Below, piece after piece: positions 57,301 to 64,000 of a stretch of 64,000 bases of DNA. This stretch comes from the human T2T-CHM13v2.0 reference genome, Homo sapiens. The stretch lies in NCBI RefSeq assembly GCF_009914755.1, contig NC_060933.1; one strand, written 5' to 3'. The notes beneath the pieces are model-generated. The model did no database searches, was not told the origin of the DNA, and saw only the letters and a list, made by a program, of their open reading frames with translations. The translations under genes and the position numbers were made by a program. Every line of letters begins with the position of its first letter. The stretch's first letter is position 1.

Positions 57301-59790
57301 GAATGCAATGGAATGGAATCAACCCGAGTGCAATCGAATGGAATCGAATGGAATGGAATGCAATGGAATGGATTCAACTTGAATGGAAAGGAAAGAATGG
57401 AATCAACACGAGTGGAATGCCATGGATTGGAATGGAAAGGAATGGAATCAACCCGAGTACAGGGGAATGGAATGGAATGGAATGCAATGGAAAGGAATCA
57501 TCCGTAATGGAATGGAAAGGAATGGAATGGAATGGAATGGAATGGAATGGAATGGAATGGAATGGAATGGAATCGTTCCGAGTGGAATAGGAGGGAATGT
57601 ACACGAGTGGCATGGAAAGGAATGGAATCAACCAGAGTGGAATGGAAGGGAATGGAATGGAATGGAAACTAATAGAATGGAATCAACCCGAGTGGGATGG
57701 AATGGAAAGGACTGGAATGGAAAGGAATGGAATGGAATGGAATGGAATGGAATGGAATGGAATGGAATGGAATCAACGCGAGTGAAGGGGAATGGAATGG
57801 AATGGAATGGAATGGAATGCAATGGAATGGAATCAACCCGAGTGCAATCGAATGGAATCGAATGGAATGGAATGCAATGGAATGGATTCAACTTGAATGG
57901 AAAGGAAAGAATGGAATCAACACGAGTGGAATGCCATGGATTGGAATGGAAAGGAATGGAATCAACCCGAGTACAGGGGAATGGAATGGAATGGAATGCA
58001 ATGGAATGGAATCATCCGTAATGGAATGGAAAGGAATGGAATGGAATGGAATGTAATGGAATGGAATGGAATGGAATCAACTCGATTGCAATCGAATGGA
58101 ATGGAATGGAATTAACCCGAATAGAATGGAATGGAATGGAATGGAACGGAACGGAATGGAATGGAATGGAATGGAATGGAACGGAAAGGAATGGAATAGA
58201 ATGGAATCGAATGGAATGGAATGGAATGGAATGGAATCAACGCGAGTGCAGGGGAATGGAATGGATTCGAATGGAATGGAATGGAATGCAATGGAATGGA
58301 ATCAACCCGAGTGCAGGGGAATGTAATGGAACGGAATGCAATGGAATGGAATCATCCGGAATGGAATGAAATGGAATGGAATGGAATCAACCCGAGTGAA
58401 ATGGAATGGAGTGGAATGGAATGGAATGGAATGGAACAACCCGAATGGAATGGAATGTAATGGAGAGTAAGGGAGTTGAAAAGAATCAATCCGAATGTAA
58501 TGGAATGGAATGGAACGTAATGGAATGGAATGGAATGGAATGCAATGGAATGGAATCAACCAGAGTACAATGGAATGGAATGGAATGGAATGGAATGGAA
58601 TGGAATGCAATGGAATGGAATCAACCAGAGTACAATGGAATGGAATGGAATGGAATGGAATGGAATGGAATGGAATGGAATGCAATGGAATGGAATCTTC
58701 CGGAATGGAATGGAATGGAATGGAATGGAATGGAATGCAGTGGATTCAACTCGATTGCAATGGAATGGAATAGAATGGAATGGAATGGAATGGAATGGAA
58801 TTAAACCGAATAGAATGGAATGGAATGGAATGGAACGGAACGGAACGGAACGGAACGGAACGGAGTGGAATGGAATGGAATGGAATTGTATGGAATGGAA
58901 TGGAATGGAACGGAATAGAATGGAATGGAAAGAATTGGAATGGAATGGAATCGAATGGAATGGAATGGAATGGAATGGAATCAACCCGAGTGCAGGGGTA
59001 TGTAATGGAATGGAATGCAATGGAATGGAATCATCCGGAATGGAATGGAATGGAATGGAATGGAACGGAATGGAATGGAATCAACCCGAGTGCAATGGAA
59101 TGGAGTGGAATGGAATGGAATTGAATGGAACAACCCGAATGGAATGGAATGTAATGGAGAGTAAGGGAGTTGAATAGAATCAATCCGAATGTAATGGAAT
59201 GGAACGGAATGGAATGGAATGGAATCGAATGGAATGGAATGGAATGGAATGGAATGCAATGGAATGGAATCAACCCGAGTACAATGGAACGGAATGTAAT
59301 GTAATGTAATGGAATGGAATGGAATGGAATGGAATGGAATGGAATCAACCCGAGTGCAATGCAATGGAGAGGAATGGAATGGAATGGAATGGAAACTACC
59401 CAAATGGAATGGAATGTAATGGAGTGTAAGGGAATTGAATAGAATCAATCCGAAAGGAATGGAATGGAATGGAACGGAATGGAATGGAATGGAATGCAAT
59501 GGAATGGAATCATCCGGAATGGAATGGAATGGAATGCAATGGAATGGAATGGAATGGAATCACCCCGAGTGCAATGGAATGGAGTGAAATGGAATGGAAT
59601 GGAATGGAGACAACAAGAATGGATTGGAATATAATGGAGTGTAAGGGAATTGAATAGAATCAATCTGAATGTAATGAAATGGAATGGAACGGAATAGAAT
59701 GGAATGGAATGGAATGGAATGGAATGGAATGGAATGGAATGGAATGCAATGGAATGGAATCAACCAGAGTGCAATCGAATGGAATCGAAT
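48350..59790 (+). repeat. Dispersed ~1 kb direct duplication (~48350-49400 vs ~58780-59790, offset ~10.4 kb)
   Basis: Shared private variants: (GGAAC)6 (48409/58832), GCAGGGGTATG (48569/58992), ACTACCCAAATGG (~48962/~59395), AATCCGAAAGG (~49014/~59447), GGAGACAACAAG (49218/59606). Confidence 0.8.
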
Positions 59791-62700
59791 GGAATGGAAT
59801 GCAATGGAATGGAATGGAATGGAATCAACTCGATTGCAATCGAATGGAATGGAATGGAATTAACCCGAATAGAATGGAATGGAATGGAATGGAATGGAAT
59901 GGAACGGAACGGAATGGAATGGATTGGAATGGAATGGAATGGAATGGAATGGAACGGAAAGGAATGGAATGGAATGGAATGGAATGGAATGGAATGGAAT
60001 GGAATGGAATGGAATCAATGCGAGTGCAGGGGAATGGAATGGAATGGAATGCAATGGAATGGAATCTTCCGGAATGGAATGGAATGGAATGGAATGGAAT
60101 GGAATGGAATGGAATTAACCCGAGTGCAATGGAATGGAGTGGAATGAAATGGAATGGAATGGAACAACCCGAAAGGAATGGAATGTAATGGAGAGTAAGG
60201 GAGTTGAATAGAATCAATCCGAATGTAATGGAATGGAATGGAAGGGAATGGAATGGAATGGAATGCAATGGAATGGAATGGAATGCAATGGAATGGAATC
60301 AACCCGAGTGCAATCGAATGGAATCGAATGGAATGGAATACAATGGAATGGATTCAACTTGAATGGAATGGAAAGAATGGAATCAACACGAGTGGAATGG
60401 CATGGATTGGAATGGAATGGAATGGAATCAACCCGAGTACAGGGGAATGGAATGGAATGGAATGCAATGGAATGGAATCATCCGTAATGGAATGGAAAGG
60501 AATGGAATGGAATGGAATGGAATGGAATGGAATGGAATGGAATGAAATCAACTCGATTGCAATCAAATGGAATGGAATGGAATTAACCCGAATAGAATGG
60601 CATGGAATGGAATGGAACGGAACGGAATGGAATGGAATGGAATGGAATGGAACGGAATGGAATGGAATGGAATGGAATGGAATGGAATCAACGCGAGTGC
60701 AGGGGAATGGAATGGAATGGAATGCAATGGAATGGAATCTTCCGGAATGGAATGGAATGGAATAGAATGGAATGAAATGCAATGGATTCAACTCGATTGC
60801 AATGGAATGGAATAGAATGGAATGGAATGGAATGGAATGGAATGGAATGGAATGGAATTAACCCGAATAGAATGGAATGAAATGGAATGGAACGGAATGG
60901 AACGGAATGGAATGGAATGGAATGCAATGGAATGGTACGGAATGGAATGCAATGGTACGGAATAGAATGAAATGGAACGAATTGTAATGGAATGGAATTG
61001 AATGGAATGGAATGGAATGGAATCAACGCGAGTGCAGGGGAATGTAATGGAACGGAATGCAATGGAATGGAATCATCCGGAATGGAATGGAATGGAATGG
61101 AATGGAATGGAATCAACCCGAGTGCAATTGAATGGAGTGGAATGGAATGGAATGGAATGGAACAACCCGAATGGAATGGAATGTAATGGAGAGTAAGGGA
61201 GTTGAATAGAATCAATCCGAATGTAATGGAATGGAATGCAACGGAATGGAATGGAATGTAATGGAATGGAATGCAATGGAATAGAATCAACCCGAGTACA
61301 AAGGAATGGAATGGAATGGAATGGAATACCTTCAAACCGAATGGAATGGAAAGGAATGGAATCAACACGAGCGGAATGGAATGGAATGGAATGGAATGGA
61401 ATGGAATGGAATGATACGGAATAGAATGGAATGGAACAAAATGGAATGAAATGGAATGGAATGGAATGGAATGGAATGGAATGGAATGGAATGGAATGGA
61501 ATGGAATCGTTCCGAGTGGAATAGGAGGGAATGTATTCGAGTGGAATGGAAAGGAATGGAATCAACCAGAGTGGAATGGAAGGGAATGGAATGGAATGGA
61601 AACTAATAGAATGGAATCAACCCGAGTGGAATGGAATGGAAAGGACAGGAATGGAAAGGAATGGAATGGAATGGAATGGAATGGAATGGAATGGAACGGA
61701 ATCAACGCGAGTGCAGGGGAATGGAATAGAATCGAATGGAATGGAATGGAATGGAATGGAATCAACCCGAGTGCAGGGGAATGTAATGGAACGGAATGCA
61801 ATGGAATGGAATCATTCGGAATGGAATGGAATGGAATGGAATGGAATCAACCCGAGTGCAATGGAATGGAGTGGAATGGAATGGAATGGAATTGAAAGGA
61901 ACAACCCGAATGGAATGGAATGTAATGGAGAGTAAGGGAGTTGAAAAGAATCAATGCGAATGTAATGGAATGGAATGGATCGGAATGGAATGCAATGGAA
62001 TGGAATGGAATGGAATGGAATGGAATCAACCCGAGTACAATGGAATGGAATGCAATGGAATGGAATGGAATGGAATGCAATGGAATGGAATCTTCCGGAA
62101 TTGAATGGAAAGGAATGGAAAGGAATGGAATGCAATGGATTCAACTCGATTGCAATGGAATGGAATAGAATGGAATGGAATGGAATTAAACCGAATAGAA
62201 TGGAATGGAATGGAATGGAACGGAACGGAACGGAATGGAACGGAGTGGAATGGAATGGAATGGAATTGTATGGAATGGAATGGAATGGTACGGAATAGAA
62301 TGGAATGCAAAGAATTGGAATGGAATGGAATGGAATGGAATGGAATGGAATGGAATCAACCAGAGTGCAGGGGAATGTAATGGAACGGAATGCAATGGAA
62401 TGGAATCATCCGGAATGGAATGGAATGCAACGGAATGAAATGGAATGGAATGGAATGGAATGTAATGGAATGGAATCAACCCGAGTACAATGGAATGGAA
62501 TGGAATGGAATGGAATGGAATGGAATGGAATGGAATGGAATGCCTTCAAACCGAATGGAATGGAAAGGAATGGAATCAACACGAATGGAATGGAATGGAA
62601 TGGAATGGAATGGAATGGAATGGAATGGAATGGAATGGAATGATACGGAATAGAATGGAATGGAACGAAATGGAATGGAATGGAATGGAATGGAATGGAA

Positions 62701-64000
62701 TGGAATGGAATGGAATGGAATCGTTCCGAGTGGAATAGGAGGGAATGTATTCGAGTGGAATGGAAAGGAATGGAATCAACCAGAGTGCAATGGAAGGGAA
62801 TGGAATGGAATGGAAACTAATAGAATGGAATCAACCCGAGTGGAATGGAATGGAAAGGACTGGAATGGAATGGAATGGAATGGAATGGAATGGAATCAAC
62901 TCGATTGTAATGGAATGGAATGGAATGGAATGGAATGGAATGGAATGGAATTAACCCGAATACAATGGAATGGAATGGAATGGAATGGAATGGAGTGGAA
63001 TGGAATGGAATCAACCCGAGTGCAGGGGAACGGAATGGAATGGAATGCAATGGAATGGAATCATCCGGAATGGAATGGAATGGAATGGAATGGAATCAAA
63101 CCGAGTGCAATGCAATGGAGTGGAATGGAATGGAATCAACCCGAGTGCAGGGGAATGGAATGGAATGGAATGCAATGGAATGGAATCATTGGTAATGGAA
63201 TGGAAAGGAATGGAATGGAATGGAATGGAATGGAATGGAATGGAATGGAATCAACACGATTGCAATCGAATGGAATGGAATGGAATTAACCCGAATAGAA
63301 TGGAATGGAATGGAATGGAACGGAACGGATTGGAATAGAATGGAATTGAACGGAACGGAATGGAATGGAATGGAATGGAATGGAATGGAATGGAATCAAC
63401 GTGAGTGCAGGGGAATGGAATGGAATGGAATGCAATGGAATGGAATCTTCCGGAATGGAATGGAATGGAATGGAATGGAATGAAATGCAATGGATTCAAC
63501 TCGATTGCAATGGAATGGAATAGAATGGAATGGAATGGAATGGAATGGAATTAATCCGAATTGAATGGAATGGAATGTAATGGAAAGGAATGGAACGGAA
63601 TGGAATGGAATGGAATGGTATGGAATGGAATGGAATGGTACGGAATAGAATGGAATGGAACGAATTGTAATGGAATGGAATTGAATGGAAAGGAATGGAA
63701 TGGAATCGAATCAACGAGAGTGCAGGGGAATGTAAAGGAACGGAATGCAATGTAAAGGAATCATACGGAATGGAATGGAATGGAATGGAATGGTATGGAA
63801 TCAACCCGAGTGCAATGGAATGGAGTGGAATGGAATGGAATGCAATGGAACAACCCGAATGGAATGGAATGTAATGGAGAGTAAGGGAGTTGAATAGAAT
63901 CAATCCGAATGTAATGGAATGGAATGCAACGGAATGGAATGGAATGGAATGGAATGGAATGGAATGCAATAGAATGGAATCAACTTGAGTACAATGGAAT
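52000..64000 (+). repeat. Dispersed direct duplication: ~52000-55140 vs ~60100-64000, with offset stepping ~8.05 -> ~8.5 -> ~8.76 -> ~8.9 kb
   Basis: Shared private variants: TCTTCCGGAATTGA (53341/62091), TGCAAAGAATTGG (53551/62306), GCCTTCAAACCG (53792/62542), TCAACGAGAG (54921/63711), TCATACGG (54971/63761), CAACTTGAGTAC (55072/63981). Confidence 0.85.
57040..58050 (+). repeat. Tandem duplication, 2 x ~515-535 bp
   Basis: CGTTCCGAG...GAGTGGCATGG at 57040/57574. CCGAGTGGGATGG, CGCGAGTGAAGGGG, GGAAAGGAAAGAATGG and GGAATGCCATGGATTGG each recur ~514-534 bp apart. ORFs 57063/57597 and 57383/57897 mirror this. Confidence 0.9.

Larger units (their letters stand above)
1831..63456. promoter_or_regulatory. 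Dispersed set of ~48 perfect three-unit heat-shock elements (nGAAn-nTTCn-nGAAn) as GGAATCTTCCGGAAT and variants
   Basis: Seen: GGAAT-[C/G/A]TTCC-[G/A]GAA starts at about 1831, 3109, 7060, 8986, 11401, 12548, 14105, 14953, 16607, 17665, 18833, 19686, 21340, 22393, 23576, 26495, 27752, 28332, 29015, 30397, 31055, 31525, 32223, 33511, 35248, 36994, 37877, 39864, 40488, 41336, 42884, 45130, 45989, 46672, 47242, 48264, 49812, 51100, 52019, 52702, 53337, 54652, 56176, 58692, 60061, 60734, 62087, 63442. One further copy at 43767 is broken (GGAGT). Established: the HSF1 trimer binds alternating inverted nGAAn pentamers. In vivo use of these sites is inference. Confidence 0.6.
1..64000 (+). repeat. 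Human/primate satellite III (HSat3) tandem array, (GGAAT)n / (CATTC)n with CAACCCGAGT-type interruptions; G-rich strand on +
   Basis: Seen: every line is built of GGAAT pentamers and single-base variants (GCAAT, GTAAT, GGAAC, AGAAT, CGAAT, GGAGT), with recurrent CAACCCGAGT/CAACTCGATT 10-mers. Established: diverged (GGAAT)n with CAACCCGA(G/A)T interruptions is the hallmark of satellite III, unlike HSat2, which is dominated by CATTCGATTC-type 23/26-bp units. No orientation switch and no non-satellite insertion was seen. Confidence 0.98.

Noticed and set aside
42-63969. Hundreds of ORFs encoding MEWNG-repeat (+) or FHSIP-repeat (-) peptides, up to 413 aa (11528-12769) and 400 aa (2803-4005)
   Set aside because: (GGAAT)3 translates to MEWNG in all three + frames and IPFHS in all three - frames with no stop codon, and it supplies an ATG every 15 nt. 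ORFs overlap in all six frames and end wherever a point variant makes a stop. There is no domain, codon or splice evidence.
1-64000. CRISPR-like repeat/spacer appearance (conserved words separated by regular intervals)
   Set aside because: The 'spacers' are themselves GGAAT repeats rather than unique sequence, the words are not a single constant-length repeat, and there are no cas genes or leader.
1-64000. HSat2, alpha satellite / CENP-B boxes, or telomeric repeat
   Set aside because: There are no 171-bp monomers, no TTCG....A..CGGG box was noticed, and there are no TTAGGG runs. CGAAT variants are sparse and not organised in the 23/26-bp HSat2 pattern.
1-64000. A single fixed higher-order repeat such as the ~3.6 kb DYZ1 or ~1.8 kb D15Z1 unit
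   Set aside because: Observed duplication offsets are heterogeneous (0.5, 1.0, 2.4, 4.7, 5.4, 5.9, 8-10 kb). The ~1.8 kb figure is only a mean spacing of one module, with wide variance.
1-64000. Canonical G-quadruplex array
   Set aside because: G-tracts are almost all GG, and GGG/GGGG tracts are isolated, so there is no G3+ four-tract motif. A hairpin fold is the better-supported structure for this repeat.

Overview
The whole 64 kb window is one uninterrupted, single-orientation array of human-type satellite III (HSat3). It consists of (GGAAT)n pentamers on the + strand, punctuated every ~30-100 bp by a small vocabulary of 10-40 bp 'words' (CAACCCGAGT, CAACTCGATT, CAACGCGAGT, TAACCCGAAT, CATCCG/CTTCCG, GGAGAGTAAGGGAGTTGAATAGAATCAATCCG and others). 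I see no credible protein-coding gene, tRNA/rRNA, transposon or CRISPR array. Every listed ORF (MEWNG / FHSIP repeats) is a reading-frame artefact of the stop-free pentamer. The internal structure is rich. The words occur in a stereotyped order, and there are nested recent duplications of ~40 bp to ~5.9 kb rather than one fixed higher-order repeat. A divergent XhoI-rich island lies at ~24.1-26 kb, and the 5-bp register drifts almost only in one direction. The most functionally suggestive signal is ~49 copies of GGAAT-NTTCC-NGAAN, a perfect three-unit heat-shock element (nGAAnnTTCnnGAAn) with a central CpG, embedded in a sea of TEAD-type GGAATG motifs. This would fit an HSF1-responsive, chromosome 9q12-like HSat3 array; that assignment is inference and needs mapping. 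All counts and coordinates were read by eye and are approximate.
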